In this document: one piece after another, positions 54,907 to 64,000 of the stretch
Layout: each line of letters opens with the position of its first letter
How positions within the stretch are numbered: position 1 is the first letter of the stretch
DNA from: a virus
Lineage: Duplodnaviria; Heunggongvirae; Uroviricota; Caudoviricetes
Virus record (IMG/VR): IMGVR_UViG_3300025602_000002
Span: 102,718-166,717 of that record
Length of the DNA: 64,000 nt
Strand: one strand, 5' to 3'
The notes under the pieces: model-generated
What the model was told of the DNA's origin: nothing
The model's input: only the letters and a program-made list of their open reading frames with translations
Database searches by the model: none
Position numbers and translations under genes: made by a program

Positions 54907-55172
54907 TATAAGTCTCCTATATATGTGTTGCCATCAGGCAAATCTTCTAGTAATTTTGGAAATCTTCCCATTTTATATAAATAGGAGTCATCTTCATCTG
55001 TAACTTCGTCAACGGTAATATCTTTTACTTTAAAATTGAAGCCTTCTGCTACTTTCATTAAATATAACCTAGAATCACCATCGCCAAGGGTATGTCCCTC
55101 GTCATGAAGCTCTCCATTAATATAGATACCTTCCCAATTCCCACTACCAGAGGTTAATATTAGTACTTGCAT
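54906..55172 (-). CDS. Hypothetical protein
   Basis: ORF of 88 aa. Confidence 0.35.
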   Translation of the reverse strand: MQVLILTSGSGNWEGIYINGELHDEGHTLGDGDSRLYLMKVAEGFNFKVKDITVDEVTDEDDSYLYKMGRFPKLLEDLPDGNTYIGDL

Positions 55173-55577
55173 TTATTTCCTAAGCCCTTTAAGTTCATCT
55201 ATAATTCCTACAAACTCGCGCCCTTCTGCAAAGTTAGCTTCACCGGCAGCCAACCCTCTTAAAACTTCATCTTTAGTTGCAAGTCTGAAAAGGCCGCTAC
55301 TGTTTAAGTGTTCTGCAAATTTAGCTCTAGGATGAACTGCAGCAACCATACCATCAGACATGGATATTAAACAGTAATCGCCTCGGCCACTAATGGCCAC
55401 GTCGTCGTCATCTTCTTTACGATTTTTTATTGCAAGGTAGTCTACATGCCAGCCTATTTTGTATAACATACTAGTAATACTTCTGTTATCGTCAAGAGTT
55501 ACTCTATCTGTATGCACAATATACAGCCCACCAGTAATATCGGCAGTCTCCCATATTGTTTTTATATATTGTCTCAT
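55173..55577 (-). CDS. Hypothetical protein
   Basis: ORF of 134 aa. Confidence 0.4.
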   Translation of the reverse strand: MRQYIKTIWETADITGGLYIVHTDRVTLDDNRSITSMLYKIGWHVDYLAIKNRKEDDDDVAISGRGDYCLISMSDGMVAAVHPRAKFAEHLNSSGLFRLATKDEVLRGLAAGEANFAEGREFVGIIDELKGLRK

Positions 55578-55612
55578 TATTTTTCTCCCATAATCATTTA
55601 TATTTTAAAAGC

Positions 55613-55891
55613 CTACGGGACCTGTGTTATAGTAACAGTGCCGAAAAACTCTACGAAAGTTGTATGATCCCATACGTTTGTTATTAACCCATTTGTATAT
55701 ACTGTGCCGCCAAGTTCTTCCCCATAACTATAGTGTATACACATACCCAAAAGCTCCTTATTGCTGGTGTTGGCACAGCGAACCACTACCACTATATCAC
55801 TGTGTATTCCGAGGTAGTACCTACCCTGGATAAATATCTTCTCTCTAGGGGTCGGCAGAACTGTATCTACCGTAGTAACTATTGTTGACAT
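55613..55891 (-). CDS. Hypothetical protein
   Basis: ORF of 92 aa. Confidence 0.35.
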   Translation of the reverse strand: MSTIVTTVDTVLPTPREKIFIQGRYYLGIHSDIVVVVRCANTSNKELLGMCIHYSYGEELGGTVYTNGLITNVWDHTTFVEFFGTVTITQVP

Positions 55892-56067
55892 TTTTCTTTC
55901 TCCTTATCTTTTAACACCCACTTTAGTATACCTATTTCGGACTCTAAGCCCAGCTGTATAAGTGCTAGTGGTGCATTTGCAAATACGGTAGCCGCTGGAT
56001 ACCCCAACCTTTCATCCCCTTTAAGCTCTTTTAACTTATCCTGGATCTCTTTTTTTGTTTTCATAGT

Positions 56068-56406
56068 CTACTCCTTGATCAATAATGGTAATTTCAACAA
56101 TTCCGCCAAACACCAATCAGAGCGTTCATAGTTATGCCCCTCAGCCTGGATAGCCCAAGCATGTACTTGAGTTCTACCGTGAGTGAACTTATACACACTG
56201 TCGTAATCAGGGAACCTGTCAAAGAGCCAATCATTAACTGCGTGTCTATCGTTCCCAACTAACGTATGGAACAAGAGGTGTTCACTTATATAATTACAAA
56301 TTCCCCAAGTATTTCCAAGAGAATGCTTAGGTTTTAATCTAAACACCTTTTCTGCATCAAGAAGCATGTCCCTAATAACTATCAATAATCTTTGCGATGG
56401 TTCCAT
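56068..56406 (-). CDS. Hypothetical protein
   Basis: ORF of 112 aa. Confidence 0.4.
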   Translation of the reverse strand: MEPSQRLLIVIRDMLLDAEKVFRLKPKHSLGNTWGICNYISEHLLFHTLVGNDRHAVNDWLFDRFPDYDSVYKFTHGRTQVHAWAIQAEGHNYERSDWCLAELLKLPLLIKE

Positions 56407-56408
56407 AA

Positions 56409-56603
56409 TTAATCCTCCTCACAACAAGGTTCATGAGGAAGTATACAATCTGTAACTCTATTGTACGAGCTTGTTATAGGTATCCCTCCAGCCCTAATAC
56501 AGGCGTCTATAGCTTGTTGCTTGACGACCCAAATCCTATCAGCCTCTTTACAACCAATAAATACAAATATACTCATTAGAAGTAATATCTTTATTTTTTT
56601 CAT
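56409..56603 (-). CDS. Small lipoprotein
   Basis: Signal peptide with a lipobox: MKKIKILLLMSIFVFIGC. Confidence 0.45.
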   Translation of the reverse strand: MKKIKILLLMSIFVFIGCKEADRIWVVKQQAIDACIRAGGIPITSSYNRVTDCILPHEPCCEED

Positions 56604-56626
56604 TACTATTCCTTTATTTAAGTCTT

Positions 56627-56929
56627 TTAATATCCACCTAGTTTTTTACCCGTTTTGTGCGACTCTACGGCAATCTCATCTTCTATAAGTATGAGGCTAT
56701 CGTCTAGCGCAGATCTTGCTGCAGCTATTATATCATTCAACAGCTCTGCAGAACTCTTTCGATTATATGAATGAACTACCTTCCCATCTGTGTCGTAAAA
56801 CACTACCCTATATGTATCATCCTTTATTTTCCAAGATGCAGCTTCAAGTTTGGTATATTGTTCTTTTAATTTTTCTAGTTTTGTCATTGTTTTTCCAATT
56901 CTATAACTAATTCGTTTAAAGATCCCCAA
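56627..56929 (-). CDS. Hypothetical protein
   Basis: ORF of 100 aa. Confidence 0.35.
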   Translation of the reverse strand: MGIFKRISYRIGKTMTKLEKLKEQYTKLEAASWKIKDDTYRVVFYDTDGKVVHSYNRKSSAELLNDIIAAARSALDDSLILIEDEIAVESHKTGKKLGGY

Positions 56930-57486
56930 ATATTCATTAACATTCGGTTCATTTCTGTGTCTACTTCTATAGTTTTCTCATTAACAACATTACACGTAGA
57001 ACTCAAACGATCAGAAATTATAGGATATTCTTTTATATACATATTAAAACGGCGTTTACTATGAGACCCACTAAATACCATGTTAGCAAATCGATCACAT
57101 AATTTTACATATAAAGACATTTTACTAATTATGTCTGTCTGCTCTAAAGCTACATATACTGATTCTTTTCTTTTAGCTCTATTGTATCCTGGAGAATCTG
57201 ATACGTTTCTTACTATTTGCGCTGCAGTTTCGCCAAACTCTTTTAATAACTGTTCATAAGTTATCTCAGAGTCCTCAATAACATCATGTAATATACAACC
57301 TAGCATTATATACCTTCGGAGATCGCTAGCAGTTTGCGTATACGCCGGTATAAAATTAGATTCAGCAACTATAACCACCTGTTTTAAATGAAATTTATAA
57401 GGGTATATGTCATAGCTTTGCCCACGATGAGCAGCTTCCGCAACCATCCAGGCGCGCTCATATATAGGAATTTCTTTCGGATACAT
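56884..57486 (-). CDS. HD-domain phosphohydrolase
   Basis: An H...HD motif (LGCILHDVIEDS), consistent with the HD metal-binding residues. Confidence 0.5.
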   Translation of the reverse strand: MYPKEIPIYERAWMVAEAAHRGQSYDIYPYKFHLKQVVIVAESNFIPAYTQTASDLRRYIMLGCILHDVIEDSEITYEQLLKEFGETAAQIVRNVSDSPGYNRAKRKESVYVALEQTDIISKMSLYVKLCDRFANMVFSGSHSKRRFNMYIKEYPIISDRLSSTCNVVNEKTIEVDTEMNRMLMNIWGSLNELVIELEKQ

Positions 57487-57515
57487 TTTATTTTTCTCCT
57501 AATTGTTATCGAACA

Positions 57516-57764
57516 TTATAGATCTTCTACTTCTTCTACTTTTACAGTTACCCTAATCACTAACCTTTTACAGTTCTTATCAACAGGGTTTAACCTGGTA
57601 TGCCTATAACCACGTTTTATTTGGTCCTTTGCGGTATTGAAAATACCACCGGCATGCTCTCTTAGTGTTAAATTTCCATAATCATACACCATTTCTTGTA
57701 ATCCCAACTCTACGGGGGCGGAAAGTGTCCTACTTTTTATAGTGTCTTTACTCATGACACCCAC
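57516..57764 (-). CDS. Hypothetical protein
   Basis: ORF of 82 aa. Confidence 0.35.
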   Translation of the reverse strand: MGVMSKDTIKSRTLSAPVELGLQEMVYDYGNLTLREHAGGIFNTAKDQIKRGYRHTRLNPVDKNCKRLVIRVTVKVEEVEDL

Positions 57765-58005
57765 TCTCTACTTCAAAATAACCTATTTCGCCAAAGGGCT
57801 GCTCTCCCATTTCAGGGGTCCACGTTCCCAAATGCCCTATGCAAGGTTCGTCTAACGGCTCGTTTAAAGACGGGTGTGAATCGTCGTCAAAACATTCACG
57901 ACAAAACCCGGCAATTATTTGGTCTTCACCACGACAAACATGCCCACTAAAACAAGTAGCGTCTTCTTTAAGGCAGGTTATACATTTTGCGGTTGCTAAT
58001 GACAT
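57748..58005 (-). CDS. Cys-rich small protein
   Basis: CITC...C...C..C pattern. Confidence 0.35.
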   Translation of the reverse strand: MSLATAKCITCLKEDATCFSGHVCRGEDQIIAGFCRECFDDDSHPSLNEPLDEPCIGHLGTWTPEMGEQPFGEIGYFEVESGCHE

Positions 58006-58227
58006 TTTTCTTCCTTTTTGCTATTCATCATAATTATTCGTTAACTTCAACTGGGTGGATACTAACAGGTCCATCATCGATAACTTCTTGCTTAGTCATA
58101 CCTACCATCCCCCAAGGGATGTCATAAGAATAGACACTCATTACCCACCAGTCTCAAGCCTTAATAGTCATATTTATTTTTCGGCTATCCTCTAGCGTGT
58201 TTACCAATTTCACCACTTCTCCACATT

Positions 58228-58653
58228 TTATAGAGGCCAAGTACTCTCGTGAGTTTCTATAGCTTTTTTCATTTCTTTAAAAACTTTTCTTTTAAAATGA
58301 AAGTTTTCTTGAGTAACCCAACTAGGGTATGTGTGCCATTGGCACTTAGTTTGTAATAATATGTATACATTTACAAACCCATAACGAACTTTAAGCCTAG
58401 TTTCTCTTTCAGGTATAGACACATATCGTTTTTTATAGAAGTAATGCCCATTGCAGTCTCTCTTTATGAATACATTAAACCACCCAAAAGGGTATCTTCT
58501 TAGTTTGCTAATAACCTTCATTAGCACAGATTTATTAAATCTTCTACAACCTATGGCTACTCCGTCAGCATAAAGATTAATTCGACGTGAGTCTTCCATT
58601 AATCCCCGATCTACAGCTTCCCATTTATCTGATATCAAGTATACAAAATTCAT
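58228..58653 (-). CDS. Paralog family C member 5 (dispersed copy)
   Basis: IGCRRFNKSVLMKVISKLRRYPFG...FKRKVFKEMKK matches the family at 52673-54370. Confidence 0.45.
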   Translation of the reverse strand: MNFVYLISDKWEAVDRGLMEDSRRINLYADGVAIGCRRFNKSVLMKVISKLRRYPFGWFNVFIKRDCNGHYFYKKRYVSIPERETRLKVRYGFVNVYILLQTKCQWHTYPSWVTQENFHFKRKVFKEMKKAIETHESTWPL

Positions 58654-58654
58654 A

Positions 58655-59197
58655 TTATTTTCCCTCTATTATTTGCTCACTTACATTACTTTTTACCCGT
58701 CTTCGGCGAGCACTAATCTCCGCAGGAGTCAGTCTCTTACGGTTAGGGTTTTTCCATTCCGGATTCGGCGCGCTATTACAGCTTAAAAACTGTATAATAT
58801 CTAACCACTCGTTTGGGTGAAAGCCGGCTTTGTCGTCCAGATATATGTCAAAATAAGGCTTGTTTTCATAATAGCCAAAGTCCTCGTATGAACGTACTTC
58901 TGGATTTTCGTTTATATAATCAAACTTAATATGGTGCCCTTCCAATATCTTTAGGTATTCTAGTATTTGATCAGGATAAGAAGAAGTATATAATATTAAT
59001 CTAGTATCGTCACGTAAAGTAAGCATCTGCAAACAGGTACATGCGAATTTATTAACAAAATTCAACTCTAACTTATCTAAATCATAATTAGGATGGCAAA
59101 TCACTCCATGAATATCAATCATCCAGTAACTTTCATACCAATGATATAGCATTTGCTTCTCATGTTGTCGGGCAAGTACATCAATTATTTTACCCAT
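58655..59197 (-). CDS. Hypothetical protein, possibly HAD-like
   Basis: 180 aa; N-terminal MIDIHGVICH with an acidic motif. Weak. Confidence 0.35.
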   Translation of the reverse strand: MGKIIDVLARQHEKQMLYHWYESYWMIDIHGVICHPNYDLDKLELNFVNKFACTCLQMLTLRDDTRLILYTSSYPDQILEYLKILEGHHIKFDYINENPEVRSYEDFGYYENKPYFDIYLDDKAGFHPNEWLDIIQFLSCNSAPNPEWKNPNRKRLTPAEISARRRRVKSNVSEQIIEGK

Positions 59198-59336
59198 CAG
59201 CTATACTCCTCAAAGCCTGCTTCTCAAGCTCTCTGGAGATGTTTCCGATCGTTTCTGCATCTTGTGTATTCATCGATCATTCCTTTTTTTTAATTTAAAA
59301 AGAACGGCATTATACCGTTCTCTTTGTAGTTATTAA

Positions 59337-59771
59337 TCAGTTTTTTTCATCCTGAGCAGCTTCAAAGATAAGCACTATATCGTCACTTACTAAAAGAGAT
59401 ACTATATCATAGTAAGGATTATATCCCCCTATGAATACATTATCTTTATAATAAATCCAAGCGCCTCTATCAGCATCCCAGTGAATCGTATCAAACTCGA
59501 AGAGATCCACTGTGTCATTTAAACGATCACGTACTATTAATATATGCTCTCCCTCAAAATAATGCCCATCTTCCAAGTCTACGAATATTGTAGCATATGA
59601 AGATTGGGTTTCAACGACGGTTGGATCGAAGGAAGTATAACTAACTGTATAGCTATAAAACGGACCAACTGTTACGCTTTGAGGGTGTATTCTATCTTTA
59701 GCCTGTACTTGGCAACCTATTCCAATGATTATTATTAAATCAAATAGGGCAACCTTTATTAAGTTTTTCAT
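59337..59771 (-). CDS. Secreted protein or lipoprotein
   Basis: Signal peptide MKNLIKVALFDLIIIIGIGCQVQA. Confidence 0.4.
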   Translation of the reverse strand: MKNLIKVALFDLIIIIGIGCQVQAKDRIHPQSVTVGPFYSYTVSYTSFDPTVVETQSSYATIFVDLEDGHYFEGEHILIVRDRLNDTVDLFEFDTIHWDADRGAWIYYKDNVFIGGYNPYYDIVSLLVSDDIVLIFEAAQDEKN

Positions 59772-59809
59772 AATAGTTTCCTTTCATAATTTATGATTGA
59801 CTTGTATCT

Positions 59810-59843
59810 ATACTTCTTATACCCTTTTTAAGGTAAAAAAAAG
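59810..59843 (-). promoter_or_regulatory. Promoter-like conserved repeat, copy 3
   Basis: CTATACTTCTTATACCCTTTTTAAGGTAAAAAAAAG, 40 bp upstream of the minus-strand CDS 59337..59771. Confidence 0.45.
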
Positions 59844-60118
59844 AGTATATATTTAAGTTAAAAAAGCAGCTATATCCGTTAGGATACAATCATATACGCT
59901 ACTTTTTTTATAAGACCTTCTACAGCTTCGACCTTCTGTTTTCAGCTTGTGCGTTTTGTTAGGAGGAACGCTTCCTTTTTCAAAATTTAATTATTTTACG
60001 CAAGCTCCTATTTCTTTGAAGAAGGACTTGTATGGCGAGATAATAATCCAATAATTTTAGTTTTTCAAGATTGCTAATTGCCATGATATACCTTTCGTTA
60101 TTTTAGTTATTGTTTGCT

Positions 60119-60152
60119 CTATTATTCTTATACCCTTTTTAAGGTAAAAAAA
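60119..60152 (-). promoter_or_regulatory. Promoter-like conserved repeat, copy 4
   Basis: TTCTTATACCCTTTTTAAGGTAAAAAAATAC. No ORF of 60 aa or more lies immediately downstream on the minus strand, so a small gene or ncRNA may be present. Confidence 0.4.
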
Positions 60153-60410
60153 TACACCTCCCCCGGAGGGGAGGGTACAACTCTTTCTTTTATCTCAGGA
60201 ACAGGAATTAACCTTGCCCCTGGACTGGAAATACAAATGACCTCTACAGCCTTTGTACTTACCGTTTTTGATATCTTGTTTCTGGTTCTTATTCTGTAGC
60301 TGGCGTAAAAAGCTTCTACGGCGAGCAACAGCTTCTGGGGATAAGACGTCAAACGCCTCATTATTTTGAGCAGCCATAATCTTCCTTTCATTTTTAGTTT
60401 ATGTTTAACT

Positions 60411-60445
60411 CTAGTATTCTTATACCCATTTTAAGATAAAAAAAG
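60411..60445 (-). promoter_or_regulatory. Promoter-like conserved repeat, copy 5
   Basis: TTCTTATACCCATTTTAAGATAAAAAAAG, upstream of the minus-strand ORFs 60195..60377 and 60128..60391. Confidence 0.4.
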
Positions 60446-60524
60446 AACTAGCGGGTTGTTACACTAGCTCTTTTTTATAGTTTCTCACTTTATGCTACTG
60501 CATAAGCGGTTCCGCAGTAGAAAA

Positions 60525-60776
60525 TTAAAGATTGTGCACTTCAAATTGATAATGACCTGGAATCGGTTTGACTCCTATAGTCACATCAATAGCGAAATCT
60601 CGAGCATCTTGCCATCGATCATTTTCTGTTATACCCTCATAATTCCATACAACTACGTATACTCTCCAGGCTGCCTTATGAGCGCATATATCCTGTCCCA
60701 CATTAGGGACGTGATTGGTGGAAAAGGTTAGATTCGTTTTCGAAGAATCGTCAAAAGCTATTCGCATCCTAACCAT
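60525..60776 (-). CDS. Hypothetical protein
   Basis: ORF of 83 aa. Confidence 0.3.
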   Translation of the reverse strand: MVRMRIAFDDSSKTNLTFSTNHVPNVGQDICAHKAAWRVYVVVWNYEGITENDRWQDARDFAIDVTIGVKPIPGHYQFEVHNL

Positions 60777-60788
60777 AATTTTATCTCC

Positions 60789-60974
60789 TTACCATAGGTT
60801 ATCTTTGCTTCGAAACCATTTACAACTGCTAATACAATTAACAGATTGTAAACAGCGTTTTAAACTGCAGTTATACCAGTAGCATTTTTTACACGGCTTT
60901 TCAAAATAGCCAGCGTATAAAACACTACCAGCAACTACACAACATCCAATGACTAGAGCAATAACTCCTGTCAT
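60789..60974 (-). CDS. Small membrane protein
   Basis: 61 aa with one transmembrane helix. Confidence 0.3.
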   Translation of the reverse strand: MTGVIALVIGCCVVAGSVLYAGYFEKPCKKCYWYNCSLKRCLQSVNCISSCKWFRSKDNLW

Positions 60975-61073
60975 TTTTTACGACTCCTATTGGAGTTCCA
61001 GGCATAAACCCATTTCCATCCGTGATAGCCAATGAAGACTATCCACACAATGATTACAATAGTTACTAGCATC

Positions 61074-61331
61074 CTACTTTCTCCACCAGATACTAAATGC
61101 GCGTTCCCAATCTTCGAGAACATCAGCTGTATCCTTTCCATGTACAACCCAAACTCCAATACCAGCTATCACTAGTAATACTACGATAGCTCCTATTAGT
61201 CCGAAAATGAGCCATAACACAGAGAAGGCTATCTTAAGTACAAAGATTACAAAGTAACCAATGAGCAAGAGTACCAACCCTATGACTATTCTGGCCATAA
61301 ACGGCGCTTCATATAATGATTTAAAATCCAT
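61074..61331 (-). CDS. Membrane protein
   Basis: Two long transmembrane helices. Confidence 0.35.
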   Translation of the reverse strand: MDFKSLYEAPFMARIVIGLVLLLIGYFVIFVLKIAFSVLWLIFGLIGAIVVLLVIAGIGVWVVHGKDTADVLEDWERAFSIWWRK

Positions 61332-61352
61332 TATTTTCCTTTTTGTTATTTA

Positions 61353-61835
61353 TTAAAATTTATCTCTATCCTCTACGCGGTCAGCACACTTACAATCCTC
61401 AATACAATGCTCATCAGCTTCATAAGGTACTTCCATATCCAAATCGGGCAGTAGTTTCTTAGTGGCGGCCTCAGGATTAGTTAAATACAGAGTCAAATTT
61501 TCTATAAAGTCAGTCAAGTCTGAAAATACTAAAAGTTGACAACCTACATGTACGATAACTCCATTATTTACTCTTTCTATCCTAATATCGTGAATTTGGT
61601 ACCCTTCTTTACCAACACCCCAATAGCTATGCGACCCTCCAATTTCTTCCCTATCTAATATTAAGAAATTATATTTGGGAGGAAACTTAGCGCTATAGAA
61701 ATAGCCGTTGTCGTCTAACCAAAGTACCACCTCGTTTGCAACATTATTAATGGTGTCTAGTAGCAGCGGACCCGTAAAGGTATGCATGATATACCCATTT
61801 TTTGCGTGACTAATAATTATTTTATTTTTGTCCAT
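61353..61835 (-). CDS. Hypothetical protein
   Basis: ORF of 160 aa. Confidence 0.4.
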   Translation of the reverse strand: MDKNKIIISHAKNGYIMHTFTGPLLLDTINNVANEVVLWLDDNGYFYSAKFPPKYNFLILDREEIGGSHSYWGVGKEGYQIHDIRIERVNNGVIVHVGCQLLVFSDLTDFIENLTLYLTNPEAATKKLLPDLDMEVPYEADEHCIEDCKCADRVEDRDKF

Positions 61836-62011
61836 TAGCCTTCCTCATTTACAAATGTTGCAAAATTTTGATCGCACGGAGGCAGACCTTCGGCCTCACA
61901 CCAATTTTCAAAGTCATTATAAAATGCTAAAAGCTCCTCAAAATCGAAGCACGATAACACATCTTTTATTATCTCTGTATCCATATTCTCTCTATTTCTC
62001 CATTTCTTATA

Positions 62012-62515
62012 TTATTTGTTAAACCACACTACATGGCTAAAATCTGTTCTCACATTATCAGGTACATCACTAGGGTAAATGTGTATATCCGAAGCCCGGG
62101 TCGAAGTAGCATACACGCCATCTCCATCAGAATCAAGAAATCCCCCACATTCACAATTTCCAATAAAATCGTCTAAAGAAAAAAGATCTCCAAACGTAGG
62201 CACATAATCTTCGTCTTGAAATACGCTCAAGTATTGCTTTTCAGCTTCTGATACCGGGTATTTAATTGCAAGTATTCGACCCTCTAACCATAGGTTCTTT
62301 GGAGTCGGAGGTAGCACTGAATGATATACAAGAGTATCTACTTCGTCGGTGATGTAGACAACTTCAACGGATATCAATTGACTATTTACGGGCTCTTTAT
62401 AACTGCTAAGCCCTTGGTTGAGCACTCCAGTAAAAATTGCTACCATAATGGATACGACAAATACTATAGCTATGGCATATCTCTTTTTAGTGAATTGTGA
62501 TTTTGTGTGTAACAT
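62012..62515 (-). CDS. Membrane-anchored protein
   Basis: N-terminal transmembrane helix; 167 aa. Confidence 0.4.
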   Translation of the reverse strand: MLHTKSQFTKKRYAIAIVFVVSIMVAIFTGVLNQGLSSYKEPVNSQLISVEVVYITDEVDTLVYHSVLPPTPKNLWLEGRILAIKYPVSEAEKQYLSVFQDEDYVPTFGDLFSLDDFIGNCECGGFLDSDGDGVYATSTRASDIHIYPSDVPDNVRTDFSHVVWFNK

Positions 62516-62533
62516 TATTTTCCTTTTCTTTTA

Positions 62534-62920
62534 TTAATTGTAAAATTTTTGTACTAATTCATCAAGCTCACTACGAGCTAAACTAAATGTAAGAATCACA
62601 TCCTTACAAGGTTTATAGCTATTAGTGCTATTTTTCTTTAATTTCATAGTTTGTGTTAATTGAATTACAATGCTTCCATCCCTTAGATACTGTGCCTGAA
62701 GATTTCCGGAGACTATAGTATCACCAAAACCTCTAGACATTAGCCAGAATCTCAAATCAGGATTAAAGTGCACAGGAACAATGTGAATATGGTCAGGATT
62801 ACCTGTTAAAATCTTTAACACTACTTCTTTAAAAGCTCTAGTGCTTATATCAATGTATGGACGCGTGTCCATCCTTAAGAATTGCCCATTATCTATCCAA
62901 GCGACCCAGCGAGCTATCAT
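62534..62920 (-). CDS. Hypothetical protein
   Basis: ORF of 128 aa. Confidence 0.4.
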   Translation of the reverse strand: MIARWVAWIDNGQFLRMDTRPYIDISTRAFKEVVLKILTGNPDHIHIVPVHFNPDLRFWLMSRGFGDTIVSGNLQAQYLRDGSIVIQLTQTMKLKKNSTNSYKPCKDVILTFSLARSELDELVQKFYN

Positions 62921-62955
62921 ATGCTTCCTTTCATTTAATTAGTTTGGTATTGAAA

Positions 62956-63300
62956 TTACTTGCTCAGCAAAAATTCCATTAGTTGTTTATACTTCTTTTG
63001 TATATTAGTGTCTTTATCAACGGCAAAACGTATGTTATGATGAACACAAGTAACAGCCGTATTTGCTAAATTGGCAAGCGCCTGCATAGCATATATAACG
63101 TCTATAATTCCCCCAGAATAACTCTTACTTATTTGAACAGGTATCACTGTAGAAGCAGTGTATATTTCTTTATTAAGTATTATATCACGTTGAATTAAGG
63201 CTTTTTTAATGGCCAGTTTATTAGCTTCAATTTCTTTAGCTCTTGTCTCTAATTTACGTTCGTACCAGTATTCCAATTCCCACATCGGCTTCCATGACAT
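62956..63300 (-). CDS. Hypothetical protein
   Basis: 114 aa; downstream of a promoter-like repeat. Confidence 0.4.
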   Translation of the reverse strand: MSWKPMWELEYWYERKLETRAKEIEANKLAIKKALIQRDIILNKEIYTASTVIPVQISKSYSGGIIDVIYAMQALANLANTAVTCVHHNIRFAVDKDTNIQKKYKQLMEFLLSK

Positions 63301-63342
63301 ACTACTGACTCCTTTCTATTATTTATAAATATTGATTGTCTT

Positions 63343-63378
63343 CTATACTTCTTATACCCTTTTTAAGGTAAAAAAAGG
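63343..63378 (-). promoter_or_regulatory. Promoter-like conserved repeat, copy 6
   Basis: CTTCTATACTTCTTATACCCTTTTTAAGGTAAAAAAAGGAG, 40 bp upstream of CDS 62956..63300. It shares the extended CTATACTTCTTATACCC with copy 3. Confidence 0.45.
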
Positions 63379-63380
63379 AG

Positions 63381-63965
63381 CTACCCTTTTTCCGAACAAA
63401 ACTTAGTTTCATAAGCTAGTATCGCTCTCATTATTAACCATTCATAATATCCACATTTATCTTCACCAGAGGACTGTGTGCCGTCTGGAAGACTTTTTTG
63501 TTTAGCTCCTAACGCTAATGGGGACGAATTATTAGAATTACCTTTCATAATAATAACTACACTTTTCGGGAATAACTCTTCAAGCTTACTACGTAAGCGG
63601 GGGGATATGTCTCCCCTAGAGTATTTATTCTCACCAACTATTATATACTTCGGCTGTAGGTTATAGTTATTATACCATCCAGGAACGTGGTGTTCCATAG
63701 GGGTATCAACTAAATGTTCCGGCCGAACTATGTTTTTTCTGGGAGTTTCATACTGCAGTATTCCGTGACGTATTACCTCTTCAGGATCAAATAAAAAGAC
63801 TATCGGACGTAAAAGGTCTGCCTGTTTCTCAAACTTATATGACTTGAGATAATTCCATGCAGCATTAACTACGACACTTGCGAACTTAGTAGTTCGTGAT
63901 AGCCATATATTGGTCCAACAATCGGTGCCCTTAAAGCCAACCTTTTCATCTTCTTTAGTAATCAT
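63381..63965 (-). CDS. Hypothetical protein
   Basis: ORF of 194 aa running toward the window edge. Confidence 0.4.
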   Translation of the reverse strand: MITKEDEKVGFKGTDCWTNIWLSRTTKFASVVVNAAWNYLKSYKFEKQADLLRPIVFLFDPEEVIRHGILQYETPRKNIVRPEHLVDTPMEHHVPGWYNNYNLQPKYIIVGENKYSRGDISPRLRSKLEELFPKSVVIIMKGNSNNSSPLALGAKQKSLPDGTQSSGEDKCGYYEWLIMRAILAYETKFCSEKG

Positions 63966-64000
63966 AAGATTTCTAAATTGTCCGAAAAGTGTACAAGCTA

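Overview
This window looks like a fragment of a large AT-rich dsDNA phage; I cannot name the phage or its host from sequence alone. The phage-like reading rests on the gene content: a T4-type polynucleotide kinase, two RNA ligases, many tRNA genes and tandem paralog families. Roughly 90% of genes are on the minus strand (1-45.2 kb and 52.2-64 kb) and look like early/middle functions. They include about 20 canonical tRNA genes plus several degenerate tRNA-like elements. There is an NAD+ salvage cluster with nicotinamide phosphoribosyltransferase, NMN adenylyltransferase, a Nudix hydrolase, NAD synthetase, a NADAR-domain protein and an isochorismatase-family hydrolase. There is an RNA repair set: a T4-like polynucleotide kinase-phosphatase, two RNA ligases, a tRNA-His guanylyltransferase (Thg1)-like protein, a SpoU/TrmH-like RNA methyltransferase, a nucleotidyltransferase and a DEDD-type exonuclease. 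Also present are a Ser/Thr kinase, PP2C phosphatase and vWA protein triad, an HflK/HflC pair, a predicted outer-membrane beta-barrel (suggesting a Gram-negative host), and three tandem paralog families. A 6-kb plus-strand block (46.4-52.1 kb) of presumably structural or late genes is the main finding. In this block TGA occurs in-frame at least 9 times as an apparent sense codon, merging neighbouring ORFs in the supplied track into long genes. In the minus-strand genes TAA, TGA and TAG all behave as ordinary stops. One tRNA in the window has anticodon CUA (an amber suppressor), and a minus-strand calcineurin-like phosphatase gene is interrupted by a single in-frame TAG. No UCA-anticodon tRNA, which would read UGA, was found in this window. 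Other features are GC-rich structured noncoding regions, a 1.1-kb repeat-rich intergenic region, a conserved promoter-like repeat upstream of several operons, and several rho-independent terminators.
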